64,000 nt of DNA, taken from contig OX597821.1 of the NCBI GenBank assembly GCA_951406725.2, forward strand, positions 45,632,001 through 45,696,000, given 5' to 3'. This stretch comes from Octopus vulgaris. Lineage: Eukaryota. Below the pieces are notes generated by a model. It did not search any database and was not told the origin of the DNA. It worked only from the letters and a program-made list of their open reading frames with translations. This document shows, piece by piece, positions 12,397 through 24,705 of the stretch (position 1 is its first letter; each line of letters begins with the position of its first letter). A program made the translations under genes and the position numbers.

Positions 12397-12397
<1 letters not shown>
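12311..12397 (+). mobile_element. Short RTE LINE fragment
   Basis: [27 protein letters not shown], near-identical to the corresponding part of 15760-16741. Confidence 0.85.
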
Positions 12398-12437
<40 letters not shown>

Positions 12438-12887
12438 TATATATATATATATACATATATATACATGCATACATATATACATAGATTGATAGATAGATAG
12501 ATAGATAGATAGATACATGCATTCATACATACATACATGCATACATACATACATACATACATACATACATACATACATACATACATACATACATACATAC
12601 ATACATACATACGGATATTAATATATATACGCATACTGAATTTTATAGACAAACGACTACCATTTACACACGTATAGTTTGTACATCATGTCCCAATCGA
12701 CAAACCAACGCAGCTGTATCTCTGAGCTACTGGAAATAACAACTAAATACCCATTAAATCAAACCCTGCTGTGAAGATAAAAGATAAAAGAAAGAAAACA
12801 GATTGAAAAGAGAATGGAACGACTCTTTCGGACATTATTGTGTGAAAATGAGATGTGGTTGTCACAGAAAGAATGTTTCTAATAATC

Positions 12888-13227
12888 ATTTCTACTGTAG
12901 GCACAAGGCCTGAAATTTTGAGTGAGGGGAAAGTTGATTACATCGAATCCAGTTCTTAGTACTTATCTTATCGACCTCGAAAAGATGAAAGGTAAAAATC
13001 AACCTCGGCGGAATTTGAACTCAGAATGTAAAGTTGGGTGAAATGCTGCTTAGCAATTGCTGGAGAAGGGAGCAAGTCGATTACATCTGACAATTATTTT
13101 ATTGATCCCCGAAAGGATGCAAAGTAAAGTCGACGTCGGCGGAATTTGAACTTAGAAAGTAAAGACGAACGAAATATCGCCAAGTATTTTGCCTGGCGTG
13201 CTAACGATTGTCAGTTTGTCGCCTTAA
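12888..13227 (-). mobile_element. SINE family A, two adjacent copies
   Basis: Family core (gaggtcgactttgcctttcatcctttcggggtcgataaa) on the minus strand, twice. Confidence 0.85.
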
Positions 13228-13293
13228 GAATGTTTCTAATAGCAAGTCTGATCATGTTGTCCGCAACTTTTTTTGTTTTTTGTAAAAGTCAAT

Positions 13294-13605
13294 CATATGA
13301 CAGTATCAACTAATAAGAGCTTTACTTAAGTGTCGTCTGCTCTATTCAATCCTTCTTTCTTTCTCTAATGGAGTGGAGGTGTAATGGCTGTAGATTGAAA
13401 AACTATAAATAGTAGTGATTGTTTTATCATTACATACTATTACTCGTGGTTAGTCCTTTCTTCGTTCGGAGATGAAAATATATTAAGCATTTGACTTGTT
13501 CTCGTATTTAATGCTTTCATAGAATTTTTGTCAAGATTTTCCTAGTAAAAGATTCAACAATTTTGCAGAATTCTAGAGATTATTCTTCGAAAGATACAGA
13601 AATTT
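13294..13605 (+). promoter_or_regulatory. Promoter/first-exon cassette 4 (degenerate)
   Basis: CATATG 13294, CTAAT 13310, GTCGTCTGC 13332, then ...ttcgaaagatacag|AAATTT (GT lost). Confidence 0.55.
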
Positions 13606-13644
13606 ATCTTAGAGTTGTTTAGTCTTAGATATTATATATATATG

Positions 13645-13694
<50 letters not shown>

Positions 13695-13711
13695 GAATAT
13701 GTAATTTTGAT

Positions 13712-14490
13712 GTATGTGGTCTGATCAGTAAGTATCCGGACTTTTGCCACAGTAACGAAGTTAAAGGACACAGAATGAAGCCGCTTGGGATAGATTGACC
13801 TCGAACTTTGCTGTATATGCGCACTAAGTTTTAACATTCTAGATTACTTTTACTGCTTGCAGGAGTGCTTGGAAAGATGATGTGTAACGTGTGATTGTTG
13901 ACCATGACAGAGAAAGCTGAGTAGAGAATCTCCATAAAATTTTGCCAAATTCTGCTCAGAGGCCTACGCAAAGTTTTAGAAATGTTTTCATCGTTCACGA
14001 CACGACCAAGGAGATCTTGTGCAACTGAAACCGGAGTGTCTTTTTGGCCAGCTGAAAGCAGTTTTGGTACAAACTTGGCAGACATGCGTCTCATACCCAA
14101 ATCTTCAGTGATAATGGACTGAACTGAACCGTAACTAATCTGCACATCCTCTGATAACTCAGGGCAATTCGACGAGTTCTCCTCATAGCTGCACGCAAAT
14201 CTGCGATGTTTTCCTCTGTTCGGCTGATTGCGGGTCTCCTAGAACGTTCGTCAATATCGGCATTTTTTCAGCCATCTTCGAAACGTTTGAACCACTTGTG
14301 TGCGGCTCTTTCGCTCCTCTCCATACACTCTCTGAAACTTTGTATAGGCTTCTGAGCAGGTATCACCATGACAAATTTCTCTGTGATGGTCAATGCGATG
14401 ATACGCACTTCTCTTCCAAGCACTGCTGTAAACAGCTAGAACGTTAAAACTTAGTGCACAGGCAGAGCAGAGTTCAAGATCAAACTTTAC
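13712..14490. mobile_element. Mariner derivative with two inverted 5' ends
   Basis: + strand: TIR-like tgtggtctgatcagtaagtatccggac and MTEKAE*RISIKFCQ. - strand: homologous leader, then GDTCSEAYTKFQRVYGEE...MRRMSAKFVPKLL. Confidence 0.8.
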
Positions 14491-14492
14491 CA

Positions 14493-14583
<91 letters not shown>

Positions 14584-14714
14584 TCACTCGCACACAAAGA
14601 AAAAGAAAGCCATTAAACAGACTGGCTTTCTTACAGGTTCAAATGCACCTCAAACATATTTGAACTGGTAACAAGTTTATATTTATGCACATCCCTGCTT
14701 AGGGTTGCCACCCC

Positions 14715-14774
<60 letters not shown>

Positions 14775-15090
14775 CCGTGATCACCGTGACCGACCAGGCT
14801 ATCAGATGTTGTTACACATCGCTGGTCACAATGCACTTCGCATTGTTTTAGCCTTCAAATCTTTAAATGACGCCACCCCGCTAGCTAAGCGAGCAGGCCA
14901 ACAGAAGAAAAAGTGAGAGAAAGTTGTGGCGAAAGAGTACAGCAGAGATCGCCACCCACCCCTGCCGAAGCCTCGTGGAGCTTTAGGTGCTTTCGCTCAA
15001 TAAACACTCACAACGCCCGATCTGGGAATCGAAACCGCGATCCTACAACCGCGAGTCCGCTGCCCTAACCACTGGGCCATTGCACCTCCA
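14775..15090 (-). mobile_element. SINE with family B head joined to the family D segment
   Basis: Head ggaggtgcaatggcccagtggttagggcagcgg. The 3' part matches 42241-42356 and 38305-38395. Confidence 0.8.
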
Positions 15091-15117
15091 CACACACACA
15101 CACACACACACATATAT

Positions 15118-15250
15118 TTCACAAAGAAATATAAAATAGTAAACAAAAGTGTACTTAGAACAATTAATTTAGAAGTCAAAAGGATTATGTCTGACTTCCG
15201 TATTGATGATAGAACTGAACCATTTATTCCTATTAGACCTAGGATATATA
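15118..15250 (+). mobile_element. PLE RT-region fragment
   Basis: TKKYKIVNKSVLRTINLEVKRIMSDFRIDDRTEP resembles the IN.EAK.I...L.LDDR.E segment of PLE ORFs. Confidence 0.55.
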
Positions 15251-15759
15251 AATCACCTAATAATAAACTGTTAAATGGTAATAATAATAAACTCGAAATA
15301 AATAAATATCAGCCGCCAGATAGCAAAAAATATAGAAAAAACTAATATTAAAATATCTTATAAACATAATAAAAATAAGCAACTGCTAAATAATTATGAT
15401 TATTCTTATAACGACAAACATGTAAATAATAGATCGGATGATAATAATAAATCGATAACTCCCTTGAATACTCATACCATTGATTATCTACGTAATACCC
15501 GTAATATAACATCTATCCCTTCCATAAATTATGCTAAATCAAAAATAGATCATAAACTCTCTAAAAATAATTATATCTATAAAAAATATTTGAGATAACT
15601 ACTGTTGATTACACCGCTTATGATACAATATATTCGTCTTTATTACCTTAAATTAACAACTAAAGTTCTAACAATATCCTAAAAAAGAATTAATAATAAT
15701 TATTAAATATTTTACTGAGATTAACTTAATGGACACGTATGGAATAGATTTTATAGCTA

Positions 15760-16741
15760 TTTCTTTTGAAGCCTCCGTTGGATTTGCAGACCTTATGGCA
15801 CACATGGCATTGAAAGGTGTGCACAGATATATAGACAGAATGGTTGGTGGAGGTTCGTTTTCATGGGTCCGCAAATGAGATTTGAGCCCAGCAAAAAGAA
15901 AAAAAGGCATGGTCTGTCACAAACTGTGCACACAAAAAGGTCATAGTGATTCACTTTCTCGATCGTAACATTTTTCTTTAAATCTCTCTTGAGTCTTGCA
16001 TGCGTTATCCTGGCCTCTTCAAACGCTTTCACTCCACTCCACACTTTTGTTCGCCATCCAGCTCGATCCGAAGCAAGGGTTTCTATGTTCTCTGGATTCA
16101 TTCCAAGTGATTCGTGATAGTCATTATGCCGTCCTTAAACCTCGTTTAAGATTTACACCGATAGCATTTCCCCTCTGCAGGCTCACCATAAAACAGCTGT
16201 TTGGCGTGCATTCAACTGCCATTCGAACAATATGGCCAGACCATTTCATTTGGTTTTTCAGAATTATTGCTTTAGTTGAAGTGATGCCTGCAGACGCAAG
16301 GACATTTGTAGTTGGAGTAAAAAAACTCCATTTAATGTTTAAAATGCGATGAAGGCATTTATGGTGGAATTGTTTTAACAATTTGAAATGTCCTTCATAA
16401 CATGTCCATGTTTCAGAATACAACTGGGATGTTAAGACAAACGATTTGTAAAGAGCCAATTTTGTGTCGTTATTTAGATGTCGCTGGCGCCAAACGCGTG
16501 ATTCCAGACCACCAAATGCTTGTATTGCCCTTTGAATTCGTAGATGTATTTCTGTGTCTAGATTTCCATCATTTTGTTCTGAGCTTCTAAGGTAGATGAA
16601 AGAATCAACAACCTCAAGTAACTTACCCATAAGAAAAATTGTAGTGTGGTTGCAAACAGCACTACATGCAGATTGATACATTATAACTGTTTTTTTCAAG
16701 TTGATGGTCAAGCCATCAAATGCAGATGCAAGAGATTGCAT
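15760..16741 (-). mobile_element. RTE (BovB-like) LINE 3' portion with C-terminal C2H2 fingers
   Basis: GLTINLKKT...EVVDSFIYL...LYSETWT...KWSGHIVRM...DRAGWR...CTVCDRPC...GLKSHLRTH and a second finger CHVCHKVCKSNGG. Frameshifted. Confidence 0.92.
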
Positions 16742-16819
16742 CTATATATATATATATATATATATGTATATGATATATATATATATATATATATATATGT
16801 AATGATATATACATATTTA

Positions 16820-17022
16820 CACATATTTGTTGGATGGCCGTTGACTGCTCATGAGTTCCTCCGCCCTTTGATGGGTCTTATTTTTCATCACGCAGGATGT
16901 CCAATATCACCCTCCTCACCAAGCAAGCCTGGTGGGGTTGCCAGTTTAGTCGCCAACGACCCGACCAGGTAATAGGTTGTACTGGATTACATGTTACCAG
17001 TAGTAATCAATAGTGACCTGAT
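16820..17022 (-). mobile_element. Structured repeat (family E), probable RTE 5' UTR
   Basis: Homologous to the 5' part of 38745-39160. Lies just upstream of the RTE fragment on the same strand. Confidence 0.6.
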
Positions 17023-17042
17023 ACACACACACACGCACACGC

Positions 17043-17084
<42 letters not shown>

Positions 17085-17086
<2 letters not shown>

Positions 17087-17530
17087 GGAACTCTTGTGAA
17101 GTGATTCCTTTTAAAAACTCCATCATATTTTTCTTCACCTCGTCCACATCTGAAAATTCTGTGATACCAGTTTTCGTCTCCAGTGATGACCCCCGAAAAA
17201 AGGTCCGGATCAACTTTCAACTGTTCTTTCAGTTCGCGACTCGCATTCAGTCGTGATTGCTTTTGATCTTTCGTGAGCAGGCGAGTCACAAATTTTGTTG
17301 CAACTATTTTCATTTGCAAGTCCTCGCTTAAAATTCGCTGGCTCTAGGATACACCAGTCATATCAACAAGTTCATCATTTGTTCGGTGACGGTCATCCAA
17401 GAACAGTTCATGAATTTTCATGATGCTTACAGTCGCTCGGGAGGTCGAAAGTCGCCCTGAACGAGGTTGGTCTTCAAGTGACAAGTGACAATTTCTAAAG
17501 CGTGAAAATCATTCGTAAACTTGTGTTTTG
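17085..17530 (-). mobile_element. Internally deleted mariner transposase relic
   Basis: LEDQPRSGR...KFVTRLLTKDQKQSRL...VITGDENWY joined to FSDVDEVKKNMMEFLKGITSQEF. Confidence 0.85.
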
Positions 17531-17599
17531 CTCATGGCTGTGTCCATTCTCCATTCTGTCTTTAGTCGTCAGGTTGCGTAGCTTGGTGAAATGGGATTT

Positions 17600-17822
17600 G
17601 TTATTACTCCATTCACGTTTTCTGTTGAGGTTCGGTTTATCTTCTGTGTGTGGCCTCCATAATATGTCTGATTGTGGTGTCTGTTCTATGTGACGATAAA
17701 ATCCTAACGTGTATGTTGTCAATCGAGCTTCCATGTTTTATTTGATCATATTGGTAGAGCACTGGCAAGCTTTTCTCCTTCTTGAGCTCCCTACGATGCA
17801 CCGTTTTAGAGCCTTTCGTTGC
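17600..17822 (-). mobile_element. PLE GIY-YIG endonuclease C-terminal fragment
   Basis: VRILSSHRTDTTIRHIMEATH...DKPNLNRKREW fits the R..EA..I...P.LN pattern. Confidence 0.6.
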
Positions 17823-17860
17823 TAAACACACATACATAACCACATACACTCGCATCGACA

Positions 17861-17917
<57 letters not shown>

Positions 17918-17957
17918 CATATGTGTGCATTGGAACGAAAGCGAATAACTGTATCCT

Positions 17958-18270
17958 TAGGCGTGGCTATTTTGCATGAAATTTGCTTCCCAACCACGTT
18001 TCTGGGATCAGTTCCACAGCATGGTGCTTTGTTCTATTATAACCCCGTGTGAGTGGATTTGGTAGACGGAAATTGACTGAAGCCCTTCGTATATGTATGA
18101 CGAGTTTGTCAGTATGAGTGTATTTGTGTATGTGTTTGCCCCCCCCCCACCATCACAGACTGGTTTGTTTTTATCCCCGTAATTTAACGGTTCAGCAAAA
18201 AGGGCCGATAGAATAAACGCTAGGTTCAAAAAATAAGTAATGGGGTCGATTTGTTCGACTAGACTCAGAC
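17958..18270 (+). mobile_element. SINE family C, diverged
   Basis: gtgagtggatttggtagacggaaa...gccgatagaataa...ggggtcgatttgttcgact. Confidence 0.75.
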
Positions 18271-18574
18271 GATGCCAGGGACCAGGGATTAATATATTTC
18301 TTAAGGAAAAAGTAAAATACAATCCTTGGTTGTGCAAACGTATGGTTAAAAACATAGTTATATCTATGGTTACATGGTCCAATAAGTTAAGATACTAGGG
18401 TGTGATTTGAGAGCATTTGATTGCGCTTCCTTGAAGATTGAGCTTTTACACACACTCTGTTTCGTTGCTTTGTTAGGTAAAATGTTGGTACCAGGTGTAT
18501 ACATTATTACAGCCTACTTACTACTCGTTTACAACACTGAAATGCTTCATTTCTATGTAAATGAAGTCTTTAAT

Positions 18575-19378
18575 ACTGATTTTAAATCTTGGTACAAGAA
18601 CAGCAAATTAGGGGAAGTGGGTGAGTCAGTTACATCAACCCAAGTTTTCAAACCGGTACTTATTTTATCGACCTGGAAAGAATGAAAGGCAAGTTCGACC
18701 TCAACGGAATTTGAACTCAGAAGGTAATGACAGGAGAACCACTGCTAAGCAGTTTGTACAGTGTGCTAACGATTTTGCCAGCCCACCGCCTTAACATATC
18801 TTAATTTTATTGTCTTCTTGCCTTAACATATATATTAAGACTGGTTTCAAATTTTGGCACAAGGCTAGCAATTTTATGGGCAGAGGTAAGTCGATTACAT
18901 CGATCCCAATGTTCATCTTGAAGGGATGAAAGGCAAAGTTAACATCGGTGAAATTTGAAATCAAAACGTAACGTTGGACGAAAAGCCGCTAAGCATTTTA
19001 CCCGGCGTGCTAACGATTTGCCAGCTCGCCGCCTTAATGAAGGCATTAACATGTTTTCATATTAAGTATCAATTGAGTACCGGGTCGATGTATTCGACTT
19101 ACCCGCTCCCCTGAAGTTACTAGCTTTGCGCTAAAATTTGAAATCAATGTTAACATCTTCATTAAAGTGGCGAGCTGGCAGAATCATTACCATGATTCTG
19201 CTTAGAGGCATTTCTTCTATCTTTACGTTCTGATTTCAAATTCCATAGAGATAGACTTTACTTTTCATCTTTTTGGGTCGATAAAATAAGTATCAGCTGA
19301 GCACCGGGGTCGATGTAATCGACTTATTCCCACCTCACGAAACTACTAGCCTTGTGCCAAAATTTGAATTCAGTATTA
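18575..19378. mobile_element. Cluster of SINE family A copies (two minus, then plus)
   Basis: Repeated ggaatttgaactcagaa and aaggcggcgagctggca motifs in both orientations. Confidence 0.85.
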
Positions 19379-19988
19379 ACATTTGTTAAGTGCTGGTTGT
19401 TTGTTATCCTAGATTTAGGAAAATATCCTCCACTGTAAAGAAATGGGGGTTGACGAGAAAGCTTCAACCTAACCATCTGACCTGTAAGAAATGGCAGTCA
19501 ATTCACTCTTTGGACACACCTTAACTTCTTAAATAAGTACTTATTGTACTTTGCTACCTATGGTGTTCTATACTTGAAATTAAGTCATGCCTATGATCAT
19601 AAATCTGCTCGTTTAGGGCAGACATAAATACTAACAAATAGCAAGAATAACTACCCGCTTAGTGACAATTAGGGAGTTTCAAACTTGTTACTCGACAAGA
19701 AATAACAGTCAAATTTTCCTCAAATCATACTTCTTTTAGAATATGTCGAATACATGACATAATTTGATTCTACATGCCATAATCTATCTAAATGTAACAA
19801 GTAGAAAATATTGTAGAAAATATTGGTAAATAAGCTGACATTTTATACCAAGGCAGATTTTTCATTAAAAACTACTGTATCAGAAATTATACTTAAACTA
19901 TGATTTGTTTTGTTTGTTTGGACATTTACTATTGTATAATATATGGATAGAACAATTGTTTAGACACTAAGTCCATATGGCATGGTCG

Positions 19989-20390
19989 CAAGGCGGCGAG
20001 CTGGTAGAAACGTTAGCACGCCGGGCGAAATGCTTAGTGGTATTTCGTCTGCGGTTATGTTCTGAGTTCAAATTCCGCCGAGGTCGACTTTGCTTTTCAT
20101 CCTTTCGAGGTCGATTAAATAAATATCAATTACACACTGGGGTCGATGTAATCGACTTAATCCGTTTGTCTGTCCTTGTTTGTCCCCTCTGTGTTTAACC
20201 CCTTGTGGGTAGTAAAGAAATAGGTATTTCGTCTGTCTTTACGTTCTGAATTCAAATTCCACCGAGGTCGATTTTGCCTTTCATCCTTTCGGGGTCGATA
20301 AATTAAGCGCCAGTCACGTATTGGGGTCGATCTAATCGACTGGCTCCCTCCCCCACAATTTCGGGACTTGTGCCTAGTGTAGAAAAGAAT
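19989..20390 (+). mobile_element. Young SINE A joined to the 3' part of another SINE A
   Basis: Full copy ending gtgggtagtaaagaaata is followed immediately by ggtatttcgtctgtctttacg (junction 20222/20223). Confidence 0.9.
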
Positions 20391-20989
20391 ATGGTATGGT
20401 CGGTGCTAAAATATCTAATATGAAATGAGCCACCAAACTTGAATTAAATATAGTTACATCTACCCAAAGTGAAGAGAAAAAATAACCAGCTTAATAATCC
20501 GTTCTGATTAAGGGAGACAGTGAAGTAATCCTGAAATGTTAATTTATTAAATATAGAATGTAGGAAGTGTTGTGAATGGGGAGGTATCTGATCTTGCCAC
20601 TACAGTGATAACTCACGACAGTTTTCGGTTTTGTTAAACCTCAGTGAAGTTTAGTCTTTAAAGTATAAACATTGTCTTCTCATATCGCATTTCCTTATCA
20701 AAAAATATTTTTTGTCGTGAATTATGCTTTTTTTTTATTATGAATTTGATAAGTTGATATTTGATATTAGTGAAACATGACATAATGATTTTTTTGCTGA
20801 ATGGCTTTAGTAGGGTCGGAACATGGATCTGATAGCATTAAGCAGCAGAATTTATAAAGGAGAATAAATTAACAATGTTTAATGAAGGTTAAATTTTGAT
20901 GGTTGTCTATGATTGCCTCTCTATTAATCCAGAACATAAGACAATTATTTATATCATTGAAAAGAAAAAGAAAAATAATTTTTACGAGA

Positions 20990-21200
20990 GAAGTCACGAC
21001 AAAGTCAAACTTATAAAAATAAATCATAAACACACTAGCATTGATTCGCTTGCCAGTATACTCCAGCCTTTACATATCTATCCAGACCGTCTCCTAACTC
21101 GGTGTATGCTACCATTACTATAGCGTTCACTACCCTTCGGAACTGGTAAACTTTGAGCCACTTCCACTCAGGTCCACCAAATTTACATTGAGTCTATCCA
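20990..21200 (+). mobile_element. Old Jockey-group LINE 3' ORF fragment
   Basis: SILQPLH...CYHYYSVHYPSELVNFEPLP resembles the LQPLSHRR...FYRYY...SEL..LVP tail. Confidence 0.45.
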
Positions 21201-21889
21201 AGTAGGATAAAAACCCAGGATAAAGACCTTTCTCGAATCATATGGGCAAGACACTGCGCCCTCTCATAAGGCTAGGACAACAAAAGCGTGGCGTGTGCCA
21301 ACCTCTATGGTCAGATTCTTCCAAACACATAGCCTCCTATCTCACTAGGTCTCACAATCCACTGGACTGTTGCGTATGAGGCGTAGTCGAGAGAGAGGTC
21401 AATCAACACCTCCATAACATCATACAATCTTCCAAATCTACCATAATCAGCTCTATGTCCTAAACTGATAAAGATCAGCTGTCTCGAGTATGTCAGTGTT
21501 TCCGACCCCGTACTCAAGCAGCCATTGAAGTTAACGGTGGATTCATAAGTAGGTGTGATAAAAGGATCCTCAAGAATGTTTGTACTAATCTGTTATCAAA
21601 CACAACTTTTCTTTGATGAGCTATGCGTCTTTTTCTAAATCCATACAAATGACATGAAAAAACAAGTAACGCACCCTATACATCTAAGTAAAAAATATTA
21701 AATGATTTATAAACCTATGATGATAATCTTTTGTTAAACTGAAAGAACTCTTATACAATTTGCAATAAAGAAAATTGTAAAAGTTTCCCAAGAATGAAGG
21801 AAATGATTACTTATTTATAATACAAGTTTCATACTTAGTTACAAAATCACTTCAGGCACTTCTTAGTAGTATTACTGGTGCTTATATAA

Positions 21890-22110
21890 GACGGCGTGTT
21901 GGCAGAATCGTAAGTACGCAAGGCAAAAATGCTTAGAAGTATTTCGCCCGTTTTTTCGTTTTGATTTCAAATTCCGCCGAGGTCGACTTCACCTTCTGTC
22001 CCTTCGGGGTCAAAAAGAAAAAATCCCCAGTTGAACACTGGGGCTCGATGTCATCAACTTAACTCCTCTCCCAAAATTGCTGGCCTTGTGCCGAAATTTG
22101 AAACCAATAT
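21890..22110 (+). mobile_element. SINE family A
   Basis: ggcagaatcgtaag...ccgaggtcgacttcacc...aaattgctggccttgtgccgaaatttgaaacc. Confidence 0.85.
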
Positions 22111-22619
22111 TACTGATGTTTATTTTATCGGTTTGAGATGAAAAGTTGACTCAACTAGAATTTCAAACATATGTAATTGTAAACATGTATCTTGAGGCAT
22201 TTATTTAATCCGGCAATCTACATTTTTACCTACTCACCAACACTTCAGTCTTACTTAACCTTCGGCATGTCCTTGGCTGTGTTAGCTAAAGCAAACAAGA
22301 TACAGTTGTAATCTGCATGCACTCTTAGTATCTTCAGTGAAACCAGTAGTGTATCTATTAACAGAAATCTCGAAAATATTCTCAGTTAGGAACATGACAA
22401 TCTAGTCTTTTCTAACAGCACTTAACTCCAGCCCCTGTTGGTTTCGTGGAAACAGTCTAGTACTTCACTCTCCCTAATTCTTGACACTTTCATCAGTCTT
22501 CTGATTAAGCTATTAAAATAATTAAGCATCATCTCTCGTGATACAAGCTGGATAATTGGCAGAATTTTTGTCAATGCTATGATGATTACTCTGAGTAAAG
22601 GCTCAGTTATGAAATCATT

Positions 22620-23133
22620 ATTACATGGAAAAATGCGAGCATGAAGTCATATTCTTAAGATTATAAACCTGGAAAAGTACAGGACAAGTTATAACACCTA
22701 TAAAAGTATAAGACATGCTATTCTAGTAACGTAAAGAATAGAAACTTTTTACTTAAAATATTGCAACAAAGAATGCCAGTTCTTCTAATTTATCACTCTT
22801 TACAGTTCTCATCTTTTAAATTTATAGTACAAAACTGTTCAGCTAATTTGTAAGTTTGTCTAATTAGTCACTTTGTTCTGTATTTAAGGTAGTAAATTAA
22901 CCAAATACTACTTAAATAAGTATAATATTATTTGTAAACTATAATAAAATAAGTTTTAATATTCGAATTTTAATTTTAGTTGCAATATCTTAAGTAAGAA
23001 GTTTCTTATTCTTTACTGTACTTAAAGTAATAGCTTGTCCTATACTTTTACAGGTGTAATAACTTGTCCTGTACTTTTACAGGTTTATAATCTTAAGAAT
23101 ATGACTTTTCATGCTCGCATTTTTCCATGTAAT
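22620..23133. mobile_element. Foldback/MITE with TIRs of about 150 bp
   Basis: About 22620-22767 is the reverse complement of about 22979-23133. Termini ta|catgg...ccatg|ta. Confidence 0.8.
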
Positions 23134-24096
23134 CTATGATTTATCTAGGTATTATTGTTATAAGATAATTAATGATGTGTCAATTAATAATTTAAGTTTT
23201 TACTTTAAAGGAGGTCACAAGGAATTCATTCAACCCCAAAAAAAGTTTCCAATGATTCCGGGATTGGGGGGGGGAACGACCCCCTATCTCATTTTTTTCG
23301 AACCAAAATAAGGGGTTTGCAGCATATTAGGTGGTCAGGGTACTTGATTCCACGCAAAAAATCATTTTTTTTTTCTTAGGGAAAATCGTGCGGGTGTTAA
23401 TATAGAAATGGATCGTAATGATGTTATTTAGCCTCAAATAAGCCCTGATACTGCAAATGTATCATCAAAGTCATTCAGCAAACCGTCTTTTTAGGGATAA
23501 TCTAGGACATTACATACAATGGGTGTGTAATTTAGGTAGGAGGATACTTTGGCTGCTATTTTTAGCATGTTGAGCGACTAGGTAGAGGCTCTTTCATTGG
23601 TTCGATTGCGTGATGAGATTTTTTTACACATATAAGTAATACGTATATATATCATTGGCAGAAGTTAGGGAATAAGTCAAAAGCTGAGAGTTTCGTATAT
23701 TGGCACTTATCTAACACGAATTTGTCCATTGTCACTCTATAACCTCTGACGAAATAACTTCTAAAGTACAAAATTTTGTCAAAAGCGTTAAGAGTAAACT
23801 CTGTTCTATGTGACACATTCTACCAGTATCGGAAGTTTGAAAGTGTTTAGTTAAAAACAATTAATTAAATAATCTGTACGTCTAATTCAATAGATCCGAA
23901 ATGGATGAAAGGCAAAGTCGACCTCGACGGAATTTGAACTCAGAACGTAAAGACAGACGAAATACCGCTTCTGAAATACAATATTTTGTCAAAAACATTA
24001 AGAATAAACCCTGTTCTATGTGACATATTCTAACAGTATCGGAGGTTCTAAAGTGTTTAGTTAAAAAAAAATTAATTAAATAATCTGTACGTCAAA

Positions 24097-24705
24097 TTCG
24101 ACCTCGGCAAAATTTGAACTCAAAAGCTTAAAGACAGAAGAAATACCTATTTCTTTATTACCCACAAGGGGTCAAACACAGAGGGGACAAACAAGGACAG
24201 ACAAACGGATTAAGTCGATTACATCGACCCCAGTGCGTAACTGGTACTTAATTTATCGACCCCGAAAGGATGGAAGTCAAAGTCGACCTCGGCGGAATTT
24301 GAACTCAGAACGTAACGGCAGACGAAATACCGGTAAACATTTCGCCCGGTGTGCTAACGTTTCTGTTTGCTCGCCGCCTTTTGAAAGACAGAAGAAATAC
24401 CTATTTCTTTACTACCCACAAGGGGCTAAACACTGAGAAGACAAACAAGGACAGACAGACGGATTAAGTCGATTATATCGACCCCAGTGCATAACTGGTC
24501 CTTAATTTATCGACCCCGAAAGGATGAAAGGCAAAGTCGACCTCGGCGGAATTTGAACTCAGAACGTAACGGCAGACGAAATACCGGTAAACATTTCGCC
24601 CGGTGTGCTAACGTTTCTGTTAGCTCGCCGCCTTTTGAAAGACAGAAGAAATACCGTTAAGCATCCCGCACAACGCGTTAACGTTTCTGCTAACTCACCG
24701 CCTTG
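24097..24705 (-). mobile_element. Old SINE A carrying two nested young SINE A copies
   Basis: The 18 bp repeat aaagacagaagaaatacc at 24130, 24384 and 24638 brackets two 254 bp units. Confidence 0.9.

Noticed and set aside
15100-15750. Hydrophobic minus frame suggesting a mitochondrial insertion (NUMT)
   Set aside because: No diagnostic ND or cytb motif or mt-tRNA. The + strand explains part of it as a PLE fragment.
24130-24655. Regularly spaced short direct repeats (CRISPR-like)
   Set aside because: The spacers are near-identical SINE copies, the context is eukaryotic, and there are no cas genes.
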